This document shows positions 1 through 8,546 of a stretch of DNA of 37,172 nucleotides, one piece after another. The notes under the pieces were generated by a model. The model saw nothing but the letters and a program-made list of their open reading frames with translations. It did no database searches and was not told where the DNA came from. The translations under genes were made by a program, and so were the position numbers. This stretch comes from Cyanobacteria bacterium J06626_4. Its GTDB lineage: Bacteria; Cyanobacteriota; Cyanobacteriia; Phormidesmidales; Phormidesmidaceae. Location of the stretch: positions 1 through 37,172 of the forward strand of contig JBCBJQ010000057.1 of assembly GCA_038523235.1 (NCBI GenBank), written 5' to 3'. Every line of letters starts with the position of its first letter. Position 1 is the first letter of the stretch.

Positions 1-112
1 TGTGTACCATACGTCAGCACAATTTTTGCAAAGCTCTAGGTTTAAGCGCAGTCTTAATGGAGCAGTGCTAGACATTCGTTCTTGCTAACGAAAGGGTTAA
101 ACGGAGACGGCG

Positions 113-1222
113 GTGAACATCATTCAGTCCCTATTTTCATCTAAGCGACAGAGTGTCGGCATCGAGCTGACACCTGAGCGGGTCAATATCGCCCAAGTGC
201 GAAAACAGGGGCAAAAGCTCAAGCTTGAAACGAGATCCTCGGTTGAATTACCGGAAGGAGCCTTTCAAGAAGGTCAGATATTAGACTCTCCGGCAGTAGC
301 AGAGGCTATTCGCGATGGCTTAGCCGACAGTCGCATCAAAGTTAAATATGCGGCCACGGGCATTCCGGGTCGGGCTATTACGCGGGTAATTCCCGTCCCC
401 TCTGAGCTCGATGAAAACGAACTGAGGGAAATGGTCTTAAACCAAGAGGCAAGTCTTTATTTGCCGTTTCCTAGAGAAGAAGCCGACGTCGATTATCAGA
501 AGCTCGGCTTTTTCGTCGATGAGGATGGCATCGAGAAAGTTCAAGTTCTCTTAGTGGCAGTCAGGAAAGAAATCACTGACTCCTACATTGATACCTTTCA
601 ACAGGCGGGTATTAACTTAGCGGTGTTAGAAACCACCAGTTTTGCCCTGATTAGAACCATTCGAGATCAGCTGCGACAGTTCACCCCACAAGAGGCGGCA
701 GCGATCGTCGATATCGGCTTTGAAAGCACCGAAATTTCCATCGTCGTCGATGGCATTCCTCATTTTTCTCGCTCAGTTCCCATTGGCACGTTTCAGATTC
801 AAGGGTCGTTAAGTCGAGCCATGAACCTACCCCCATCACGCAATACGGATCTGCTGCGCGGCATGACCGTGCCCACGACCCCAATGGATACGGTCGGCTC
901 ACCACAGCCCATTACTGGCGGGTCTTCCAATCCGGGCACGGCAGCCATGCTGCGGATTTTGGGTGAGCTATCAGACGAGCTCAGGCGGTCGATTGACTTT
1001 TATCTGAACCAAGCCGAAGACATGGAAGTCGCCCAACTGCTGTTGGCTGGGCCAGGGGCCGCCATTGGCCAGCTCGATGAGTTTTTTGCTCAGCGGTTGA
1101 GCCTACCGGCCAGTCAAGTTGACCCCGTCGCGGCCCTGTCTTTAGAGGCCGCTGATGAGATCGATCTCGAAGATCGACCGGGGCTCGCAACGGTAATTGG
1201 TCTTGGGCTGAGGGAGGTTTAA
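113..1222 (+). CDS. pilM: Type IV pilus assembly protein PilM (actin/FtsA-like)
   Basis: VGIEL N-terminus, LYLPFPREEADVDYQ, VDIG, ELRRSIDFY, LLLAGPGA and C-terminal GLGLREV are typical of cyanobacterial PilM. First gene of a pilMNOQ cluster; GTG start after GGAGA. Confidence 0.96.
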   Translation: MNIIQSLFSSKRQSVGIELTPERVNIAQVRKQGQKLKLETRSSVELPEGAFQEGQILDSPAVAEAIRDGLADSRIKVKYAATGIPGRAITRVIPVPSELDENELREMVLNQEASLYLPFPREEADVDYQKLGFFVDEDGIEKVQVLLVAVRKEITDSYIDTFQQAGINLAVLETTSFALIRTIRDQLRQFTPQEAAAIVDIGFESTEISIVVDGIPHFSRSVPIGTFQIQGSLSRAMNLPPSRNTDLLRGMTVPTTPMDTVGSPQPITGGSSNPGTAAMLRILGELSDELRRSIDFYLNQAEDMEVAQLLLAGPGAAIGQLDEFFAQRLSLPASQVDPVAALSLEAADEIDLEDRPGLATVIGLGLREV

Positions 1223-1225
1223 TCG

Positions 1226-2017
1226 ATGTACGGTTTAGATGTCAACTTTTTAAAGGATCGCGAGATTCGCCCCGTTGAGGTCGGCAGTGCGCCACGGGCT
1301 GCCGCCGCCCCCACCGGCAGTCGAACGCCTTTGTTTTTGGGGTTGTTAGCAGCAGTAGCGGCCCTGGGCCTAGTGGGTGGCTATTGGCTATTGCTGCAAA
1401 ATCGGATGCAGCGGCTCGAAGCGCGGGAAGCCGAGCTGGATTCCGAAATTGCGGAAATTCAAAGTCAGCTGCAGCAAATTGAGACGGTGCAGGCACAGAT
1501 TGAGCTGGTAAAGCAAGAAAACCAGGCCTTCGTCAATGTGTTTAACCAGATTCGTCCCTGGTCAGCCTTCTTAAAAGAGCTCCGCGATCGCACTCCGGCT
1601 CGCATTCAAGTCGTCTCAGTGACCCAGACGGCGGGCACCCCAATTCCCACTGGGGTCGAAGGCGAAGAGGCGGTACCGCCGGTTGCCGGGGGCGTCAATA
1701 TGGTCGGGGTCGCCTGTTCCTTTGATGATGTCAACGATTTTATGTTGACCATGCAGCGATCGCCGCTCTTAGATGCCACCAGCGTGGCGATCGACGTTTC
1801 GCAAAAACGTGATGAGCTACTTGATCCGGCGGTAGATGGCGTTTGCCCCGACTCCCCCCCCAATCGCCCCGAAGTGCTGGTTGACTTTACCATCGGCGGC
1901 AATTTTTCGGATGTGCCTGCCGCTGACTTGTTAGACATCTTGGAACGCCAAGGTGCCGTTGGCCTGGCTACCCGGATTCGAGCCCTTAGAGATTCAGGAG
2001 TAATCGAGACACCATGA
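1226..2017 (+). CDS. pilN: Type IV pilus assembly protein PilN
   Basis: LDVNFL (INLL-like PilM-binding motif), one TM helix, coiled coil, PWSAFL..L..RTP and SFDDVNDF.L..QRSP motifs; directly follows pilM. Confidence 0.93.
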   Translation: MYGLDVNFLKDREIRPVEVGSAPRAAAAPTGSRTPLFLGLLAAVAALGLVGGYWLLLQNRMQRLEAREAELDSEIAEIQSQLQQIETVQAQIELVKQENQAFVNVFNQIRPWSAFLKELRDRTPARIQVVSVTQTAGTPIPTGVEGEEAVPPVAGGVNMVGVACSFDDVNDFMLTMQRSPLLDATSVAIDVSQKRDELLDPAVDGVCPDSPPNRPEVLVDFTIGGNFSDVPAADLLDILERQGAVGLATRIRALRDSGVIETP

Positions 2018-2922
2018 CGTTTACTGATGATTTTGTCCCAGTTGAGGACGATACTCTAAGCCAGCCAGAATATCCGACGGCATTCGGCATTCCGCTCTCG
2101 CCCAAAGTGCAGGGCATTGCCCTGGCGGTGCTGGGCATCGGCGGCGCGATCTTTTTGTTTACCCGTATCGTCAGCCCGGTACAAACGGAAATTGCCGAAA
2201 TCAATCTGCGGATCGAAGAGAAAGAAAACACCCTGGCCAACCAGGCGGAGAGTCTGCGGCAGATTGAAGAGGTGCAGGCCGAGCTGGATCGCGTGCTGAC
2301 CCAGCGAGAAGGCATTTATAGCCTGTTGGGCGACCCCAATAGCCTCGACACCCTCCTGCTCGACACGAATCAGCAAATTGAGAATAGTAATGCTTCCATT
2401 GCCGGGGCGATCGCCGGTGACCTGACCCAAGCGCAAGCCGCGACCCTAACCTCCATCGGCTTAACGCAGCAGCAGGTGAATCGGGTAATTCAAGAATTTG
2501 CCGAAGATCCCATCGCCCAGCGATCGGCCTTTACCTCAGAGCTGTTTGGGTTTGACCCCTTGGGCCTCTCCGGCCCCATCGCCGAGGAATACGGGCCAGA
2601 GCTAAACGGCAAGCTAGAGCGCCAGCTGGTGCAAGTGAGCTTCCGAGGACTGTTTAATCAGACCCAAAATATTCTCCTGAACCTCGAGCGGCTAGAGCCC
2701 CTGCTAATTATTCGGGACTTTAACCAGTCGTTTGCCGACGTGCCTGGCAATACGACCGAGGAAGACTTCAACCGGCTCGGCATTCGCCCCCTGCAAACGT
2801 CTTTCACGATGGAAGTCTTAGTCCCGTTGGGTGATCCGCGAGAACCACCCGCCCTGCCCGAGCCAGAACCCCCAGCGGAAGGTGAAGAAGGGGCTGAAGA
2901 AGCGCCTCCTGAGGAAGGTTAA
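2014..2922 (+). CDS. pilO: Type IV pilus assembly protein PilO
   Basis: YPTAFGI, one TM helix, coiled coil, SLDTLLLD.N and G.F.QTQ.IL.NLERL.PLL motifs; ATGA overlap with the pilN stop. Confidence 0.88.
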   Translation: MTFTDDFVPVEDDTLSQPEYPTAFGIPLSPKVQGIALAVLGIGGAIFLFTRIVSPVQTEIAEINLRIEEKENTLANQAESLRQIEEVQAELDRVLTQREGIYSLLGDPNSLDTLLLDTNQQIENSNASIAGAIAGDLTQAQAATLTSIGLTQQQVNRVIQEFAEDPIAQRSAFTSELFGFDPLGLSGPIAEEYGPELNGKLERQLVQVSFRGLFNQTQNILLNLERLEPLLIIRDFNQSFADVPGNTTEEDFNRLGIRPLQTSFTMEVLVPLGDPREPPALPEPEPPAEGEEGAEEAPPEEG

Positions 2923-3000
2923 ACTCCCAGGTCTCAAGCCAGCGAGTGTCTTCAGCGGTGTCGAGCAAACATCAGAATCCAGAACCTTTGTGAGGAAGGA

Positions 3001-5220
3001 GTGACCGTGAAACGATTATTAGGATATGGCAGCTGTCTGGCAGGGAGCACCTTGCTAGCCCTTGTGGGCCAACCGGCCCTGGCCACAACGACCATGATTA
3101 CGGGCATCCAGGTCATTCCGACGGATGGCGGTGCTCAAATTGTCTTAGAAACTGAGGCCGGTGATGTGCCTCAGGTGTTTGCCATTAACCAGGGCAACAC
3201 CCTGCGAGCCGACATCGTGCGCACACAGCTGCAGCTAGCCGACGGGGGGCCGTTTACCCAACAAGATCCCGCCCCTGGCATTGCCTCAATCACTCTCAAT
3301 CCCCTTGATGGCAACAGCGTTCGCCTCACCGTCGATGGCAGCGATCGCATCCCCATGGGCACCGTGGGGTCATCGACCAATGGCGGCATCATTATTGACG
3401 TCGCTGCCCAGACCGAAGGCACCGCGCCCCAAGCCAGCACTCCGGTTCCCGATGAGCTAGAAACTGTCCCTGGCGAACCCGAAGCCACTGCACCGGAGAC
3501 CTCGTCCGGTACACCTGATGCCACGGTAGCTCAAGCCGATCCCGAAACCGAGCCGCTACCGGAGCCGACGGGCCCCCAGCCCGATGTCCTGGTTCCCAAT
3601 CCCCAGGTGGTAATTGACGGCGTCCCAGTACCGGCGCCTGAAGTTCAGGCTGCCCCGCCATTCTTACCCTCAGCAGTCGCGCCGCCGGTCGGCGACATTG
3701 CTGTATCAGAAACAGTGCCTGACTTTGGGGGAATCGATCTGGGGACTGCAGAACGCGTGCCGCGTCTGGTGCTCCGCGATGCCCCTTCTCGCGAAGTCCT
3801 CAACCTCTTAGCGCGCGCCGCTGACCTCAACTTGGTCTTCATCGACGCTAACGGCCAAGAGACAGATGGTGCCACTGCGACCGGCGAAGGCCCTCCCATC
3901 ACTCTAGATATTGAGAACGAGTCGGTGCAAAGCGTTTTTAACAGCGTGTTGCGGGTTACCGGCCTGCAGGCCAATCGGGTGGGCCGAACCATTTATGTTG
4001 GCCCGAGTCTGCCAGTTTCGGCTCAAAATGTCAGTATGAGAACCCTGCGACTTAATCAAGTCGATGCCTCGGTCGCCAGTAACTTTCTCGTCGGTTTAGG
4101 AGCTGAGAGCGCGGTTAGCCGAGAGCGCTTAGTCACTGCCGTTAACGCCGTCTCGATCGAAGAAGGTGTGCCTGACATTACCGAAAGTCAGACGACGACG
4201 GAAGAACGGATTGAAAACCAACGAGTCGAGTACGCTGACAGTAATCCGATCTTTCGCGGTTTGGTCGTCGTAGCCGAAGAGCGCACCAATTCCATTACCT
4301 TGGTTGGTCAGCCGGCCCTAGTTGAGTTGGCCACCGCTCAGCTCGTACGCCTCGATCTCCGCCGTCGTCAAGTGGCGATCAATGTCAAAGTCATTGATAT
4401 CGACTTGAATGCGCTTGATGCCTTTGGCACCAGCTTCTCTTTTGCCACCGGCGATCTGGCCGTCGGCGTCGTCGGGGGCGTCGGTTCCACCAACTTCGGG
4501 GGGGAAACACCCGGCGGTACAACCGCTGTGCCTAGCGCTGCTCCCTTCGGATCTGTAGACCTGTTCAGAGGGGGTGTTCCTGGGATTATTGATGATTTCT
4601 TGTTCCAAGTGTTGGCCACAGTTCAAGAAGGCAACGGTAAAATCTTGACCGATCCGACTTTGATCGTGCAAGAAGGTCAAGTGGCGTCGGTGCAGCTGAC
4701 AGAAGAGGTCGTAACAGACTTTGAGGTCGACCAAGAAGTTAGTGACGGTGGAGATATTACGCAGACGCTTTCGGTCGAAACCGAGCCAGCTGGATTGATC
4801 TTGCAGGTGGATGTCGATCGCATCGACGATAACGGCTTTGTCACCTTATCAGTCGCCCCCTCGATCTCAGCGCCTATCGACATTGTCAATTTCAGCTTCG
4901 ATGGCGTCTCCAATGCGTTTGTCACGCTGCTAGCGGAACGACAGCTATCTTCAGGACAGGTCAGAGTTCGAGATGGTCAGACCCTGGTACTCTCTGGCAT
5001 TATTCAGGAAACGGAGCGAACCACTGTCTCCAAGGTGCCGATCTTAGGTGATCTGCCGCTGTTGGGCGCACTCTTCCGCAGTACGACCGATGAAACTAGC
5101 CGTCAAGAACTGGTGGTGTTGCTAACCCCTGAGATTTTGGATGATTCTGACCAGTCGGCCTTTGGTTATACCTACACCCCGAGTGCTGAGGTGCAGGAGT
5201 TGCTAGAGCGATCGCAGTAG
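3001..5220 (+). CDS. pilQ: Type IV pilus secretin PilQ (signal peptide, AMIN domain, secretin N and C domains)
   Basis: Signal peptide, AMIN-like N-terminus, APPFLP.AVAPPVGDIA linker, ILTDPTL, DGQTLVLSGII and KVPILGDLPLLGALFRS secretin motifs; RBS GAGGAAGGA. Confidence 0.96.
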   Translation: MTVKRLLGYGSCLAGSTLLALVGQPALATTTMITGIQVIPTDGGAQIVLETEAGDVPQVFAINQGNTLRADIVRTQLQLADGGPFTQQDPAPGIASITLNPLDGNSVRLTVDGSDRIPMGTVGSSTNGGIIIDVAAQTEGTAPQASTPVPDELETVPGEPEATAPETSSGTPDATVAQADPETEPLPEPTGPQPDVLVPNPQVVIDGVPVPAPEVQAAPPFLPSAVAPPVGDIAVSETVPDFGGIDLGTAERVPRLVLRDAPSREVLNLLARAADLNLVFIDANGQETDGATATGEGPPITLDIENESVQSVFNSVLRVTGLQANRVGRTIYVGPSLPVSAQNVSMRTLRLNQVDASVASNFLVGLGAESAVSRERLVTAVNAVSIEEGVPDITESQTTTEERIENQRVEYADSNPIFRGLVVVAEERTNSITLVGQPALVELATAQLVRLDLRRRQVAINVKVIDIDLNALDAFGTSFSFATGDLAVGVVGGVGSTNFGGETPGGTTAVPSAAPFGSVDLFRGGVPGIIDDFLFQVLATVQEGNGKILTDPTLIVQEGQVASVQLTEEVVTDFEVDQEVSDGGDITQTLSVETEPAGLILQVDVDRIDDNGFVTLSVAPSISAPIDIVNFSFDGVSNAFVTLLAERQLSSGQVRVRDGQTLVLSGIIQETERTTVSKVPILGDLPLLGALFRSTTDETSRQELVVLLTPEILDDSDQSAFGYTYTPSAEVQELLERSQ

Positions 5221-5271
5221 CGCTAGCAATTGGCTCCAAAATTTCCGTTTAACCTTCTCACGTTCTGGTGT

Positions 5272-5315
5272 AATGGCTAGATTCCTTTCAAAGCAAGGGA
5301 TCTAGCCATTTTTTT
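5272..5315 (+). terminator. Rho-independent terminator of pilMNOQ
   Basis: Stem AATGGCTAGATTCCTT / AAGGGATCTAGCCATT (16 bp, one G-U pair) followed by a T run. Confidence 0.88.
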
Positions 5316-5558
5316 GATCGCTTTAAAGCGCCTCAAACGCCCTAATTGCGTTACCTTTCGTTAAAAAACGCCGCAATCGACACAAATTAAAGCCTTCAAC
5401 GATCCATATTCGGGAAGTTGCCCTTAGAATGGGGCAGTGAAATTCCGGGATGTCAGGGGTTTCAGCGATTTAGGAAGATTCACCTTTCCATAGACAGCTT
5501 GGTTGTCTAGCATCGCTGCCCTGGGATTCGTATTCCCCCAAAGAGGAGACTCACAGAT

Positions 5559-5834
5559 ATGAACAAAGGTGAATTGGTTGATAAGGTTGCTGAGAAGTCA
5601 GGCGTGACTAAAAAACAGGCCGACTCCGTGCTCTCAGCTGCCATTGAGGCGATTATGGAGACTGTCTCCGAAGGTGACAAAGTCACCCTCGTAGGCTTTG
5701 GTTCCTTTGAGCGTCGTGACCGCAAAGAGCGGGAAGGTCGTAACCCCAAAACGGGTGAGACCATGGTGATTCCTGCGACGAAAGTGCCCGCCTTCTCGGC
5801 TGGCAAGCAGTTCAAAGAAATGGTGAGCAAATAA
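5559..5834 (+). CDS. hup: DNA-binding protein HU
   Basis: MNKGELVDKVA...VTLVGFGSFE.R.R..REGRNPKTGE...IPA..VPAFSAGK is the classic HU signature; RBS GAGGAG. Confidence 0.98.
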   Translation: MNKGELVDKVAEKSGVTKKQADSVLSAAIEAIMETVSEGDKVTLVGFGSFERRDRKEREGRNPKTGETMVIPATKVPAFSAGKQFKEMVSK

Positions 5835-5849
5835 CCCTAGTCGATTCGG

Positions 5850-6962
5850 TTGGAAGAAATTCTGTTTAATACTCGACCACGTCACGGGGGGAACATTGAG
5901 TGGGCTGCTCAGGTAGCTAACTGTTCCCCCTTTGCTTTGCTTGATTTTTCTGCCAGCATCAGCCCGTTGGGGCCACCCGCATCGGCGATCGCCGCCCTCC
6001 ACACCAGCCTCGATCAGCTGACTCGATATCCCAATCCGCGCTACGACACCTTGCGCCAAGCGCTGGCGCACCATCACCATATTGCCCCTGACTGGATTTT
6101 GCCCGGCAATGGCGCTGCCGAGCTGCTGACCTGGGCCGGACGTGACCTGGCAGCCCAAACAGCCCCCTATCTGGTCACACCAGCCTTTGGCGACTATGGG
6201 CGATCGCTGACCGCCTTTAACGCTATTCCCATTCCTTGTCCGCTTTCTCTCACGGCAGCCGAGCAAGGCACGGTAGATTGGACAACCACGGTGACCCAGT
6301 CGCTCCAGCATTCACCCGAGCGCTGTGGACTGCTGCTCAATACGCCTCATAACCCTACGGGCTTGATGATTCCCCGCTCGGCCCTGACCGCCTTGCTAGA
6401 GCAGTTTGCGCTCGTGGTAGTCGATGAAGCCTTTATGGATTTTTTGCCGCCCGATCGCCAGCAGAGTTTAATTAACGAGATTGGGCGGTGGCCCAACCTG
6501 GTTGTCGTGAGATCGCTGACCAAGTTCTATAGCCTGCCAGGATTGCGCCTCGGCTATGCCATCGCCCACCCCGATCGACTACAACGCTGGCAAACTTGGC
6601 GCGACCCTTGGCCCGTCAATGCCCTCGCTGCCGCCGCCGCCGAAGCGGTGCTCACAGACCACCACTACCAACACCACACCTGGCAATGGCTGGAAGCGGC
6701 TCGTCCAGCCTTATTTGCCCAGCTCCAGGCCATTCCGGGTCTATATCCCCTGCCGGGAGAAGCCAACTATCTGCTGCTGCGGTGCGATCGCCCCGGCTCC
6801 CAAATTCAGCTAGCACTGCTCCGCCGCCATCGTATTCTGGTGCGCGATTGTCTGAGCTTTGCCGAGTTGGGCGATCGCTACCTGCGCGTCGCCATCCGCA
6901 CCCCAGAAGAGAATCAGCAGTTGGTAGCCGGATTAAAGGATGTCCTCAGTCAGCCAGCATAA
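5850..6962 (+). CDS. cobD: Threonine-phosphate decarboxylase CobD (PLP-dependent, class I/II aminotransferase fold)
   Basis: HGGN, LDFSASISPLGPP, GNGAAE, PHNPTG, VDEAFMDF, RSLTKFY.LPGLRLGY and RDC.SF motifs. The TTG start is uncertain. Confidence 0.88.
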   Translation: MEEILFNTRPRHGGNIEWAAQVANCSPFALLDFSASISPLGPPASAIAALHTSLDQLTRYPNPRYDTLRQALAHHHHIAPDWILPGNGAAELLTWAGRDLAAQTAPYLVTPAFGDYGRSLTAFNAIPIPCPLSLTAAEQGTVDWTTTVTQSLQHSPERCGLLLNTPHNPTGLMIPRSALTALLEQFALVVVDEAFMDFLPPDRQQSLINEIGRWPNLVVVRSLTKFYSLPGLRLGYAIAHPDRLQRWQTWRDPWPVNALAAAAAEAVLTDHHYQHHTWQWLEAARPALFAQLQAIPGLYPLPGEANYLLLRCDRPGSQIQLALLRRHRILVRDCLSFAELGDRYLRVAIRTPEENQQLVAGLKDVLSQPA

Positions 6963-7093
6963 GCCTTCAGGGGACACAGGGACATATCGCGAAGGCGCTG
7001 AGCCAGCCGTTCCTAACCATTGGACTCGTAGCCTCTGCTACCCGGCGATCGCAAACCTGATCTACGCTAGGCATAGTTAACTAGGATGCGCCT

Positions 7094-7327
7094 GTGTTCG
7101 AACAACTGCTGCGGCGGTATGAACCCACTCCCCATGAAGTGCTCGAAGTCTTGGAACTGCATCAGCTCACGCTCGACTTTAAGCAAGAGCAGCATTATCG
7201 AGCAGCGCTAGAAACCTATTGTCAGCAATACAACGCCATGGCCCGACAGCACCAACACGAACATGCAGCCATGCAAGACGAACCCAATTTATTCGCGCTC
7301 TTTTGCAGGAAGCGTCCACAAGCGTAA
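7094..7327 (+). CDS. Small hypothetical protein, resembling a conserved cyanobacterial family
   Basis: 77-aa helical ORF filling the gap; the F..E..YR..LE.YC..Y...A..H..E...M..E.N pattern is recalled from cyanobacterial hypotheticals. GTG start after AGGA. Confidence 0.65.
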   Translation: MFEQLLRRYEPTPHEVLEVLELHQLTLDFKQEQHYRAALETYCQQYNAMARQHQHEHAAMQDEPNLFALFCRKRPQA

Positions 7328-7365
7328 AAGAACGTCAGTTCGGGTTAAGGCAAAACCGGTTACTT

Positions 7366-7450
7366 TCCCCTCCTGGGAGGGGCTGATGGGGTGGGTTCAA
7401 GCCATCGGAGAAACCCACCTCGTCCTGCGGACACCCCTCCTAGGAGGGGA
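7366..7450. repeat. Palindromic REP/MITE-like dispersed repeat
   Basis: Terminal arms TCCCCTCCTGGGAGGGG (7366-7382) and CCCCTCCTAGGAGGGGA (7434-7450) match 16/17 as an inverted repeat. Inner arms are GATGGGGTGGGTT / AACCCACCTCGTC. Confidence 0.8.
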
Positions 7451-7537
7451 TTTAGCCCTCAAACTACCCGCAGATCCCTTGTCAGTCTTATCCCGAACTC
7501 AGGTTATCTTAGGAAAGCTGGGCGATCGCATACCTGC

Positions 7538-8359
7538 ATGGCAACCCCCAAAAAATATCAAGGCCAATCGGCCCTCTTGTCGAAAGACCTGTTGGCCTTT
7601 TATCGCGAGGTGAGTCAATCGCCGCTGACGGTCGTCGATGTGGAAACGACCGGCTCACTGCCCTATCGGGGGGCTCGCGTCATTGAAGTGTCGGTGCTGC
7701 AGGCCAGCTTAGAGGCCGGCATTCTGCATCAAGAGACCCACCTGATTAATCCTGGCGTGCGCGTCCCGGCCATGATCACCCGCATCACCGGCATCGATCA
7801 GTCGATGGTTTCGCAAGGGCGCTTTCCCGAAGAAGTGTGGCCCGACTGTTTAGAACGGCTAGAAACTGGCGTCTTAACCGCTCATAACCTGGAATTTGAC
7901 TATCGCTTTTTACAGGCCGAATATCGCCAGCTCGACCATACGTTTACGCGACCACAAGCCGCTCAGCTGTGCACAGTGCTGCTCTCGCGATTGCTGCTGG
8001 CTGACTTGCCCTCGCGCAGTCTGCCGAATCTAGTGAAGCATTTCGGCTTTGACGTGGGCACCTCACACCGGGCGGGCGCTGATACCCTGGCCTGCTGGCT
8101 GTTGGCCGAGCTGCTACTCAAACAGATTCAGTCAGAAGATGAGGCGGTGCTGATTGCCCGCTTTGGTCGCCAGTGGATTCGTCTCAAGGATGCGGCAACG
8201 ATGCTGCACTGTTCAGCCCCAGTAACGCAGCAGATTTTGACGGAGGCCCAGATCGAAAGTCGCTTTTCTAAACGCAAGAACCGCCCCCTGTATCGTCGTG
8301 GCGATGTGGAACAGGTGATGCAGGAGCGATCTTCGGGCGAGCAGTTGTCGGTGTTGTGA
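7538..8359 (+). CDS. DEDDh 3'-5' exonuclease (DnaQ/PolC-epsilon-like) with a C-terminal helical extension
   Basis: VDVETTG (ExoI), AHNLEFDY (ExoII) and SHRAGADT (ExoIII). Start moved to ATG 7538 (MATPKK) because the upstream in-frame part of the 7391 ORF runs through the repeat. Confidence 0.9.
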   Translation: MATPKKYQGQSALLSKDLLAFYREVSQSPLTVVDVETTGSLPYRGARVIEVSVLQASLEAGILHQETHLINPGVRVPAMITRITGIDQSMVSQGRFPEEVWPDCLERLETGVLTAHNLEFDYRFLQAEYRQLDHTFTRPQAAQLCTVLLSRLLLADLPSRSLPNLVKHFGFDVGTSHRAGADTLACWLLAELLLKQIQSEDEAVLIARFGRQWIRLKDAATMLHCSAPVTQQILTEAQIESRFSKRKNRPLYRRGDVEQVMQERSSGEQLSVL

Positions 8360-8366
8360 GGGCGCG

Positions 8367-8535
8367 CTTGCAGGGCGGGGGCGCGAGGGGGCGACGGGGC
8401 AAGGGGGACTTGCAGAGCGGTGTGGAAAAACCGTGTCTCGCCGGCAGGGATTTGGCCGTGCTAAATCCTGACAGAAAAGGTTTTTGTTCTGAGGATGTGG
8501 CGGCAGCGCAGAGCCTTTGGCCACGCTTACGCGAG
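8367..8535. repeat. Composite intergenic repeat region: G-rich tracts plus a REP-like hairpin
   Basis: CTTGCAG(G/A)GCGG direct repeats (8367-8378, 8409-8420) enclose five G tracts. Hairpin GGATTTGGC-CGT-GCTAAATCC at 8448-8468. Confidence 0.55.
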
Positions 8536-8546
8536 GGCCGTGCCGC

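Noticed and set aside
5634..6311. Long antisense or alternate-frame ORFs (e.g. 5634-6311, 11889-12533, 12939-13412, 32586-33092)
   Set aside because: They are shadows of well-supported genes, as expected in GC-rich coding DNA.
7391..7537. N-terminal extension of the exonuclease ORF (likewise 8517-8546 for RluA and 18275-18343 for NurA)
   Set aside because: These are translations of repeat or intergenic DNA; downstream ATGs match family-like N-termini better.
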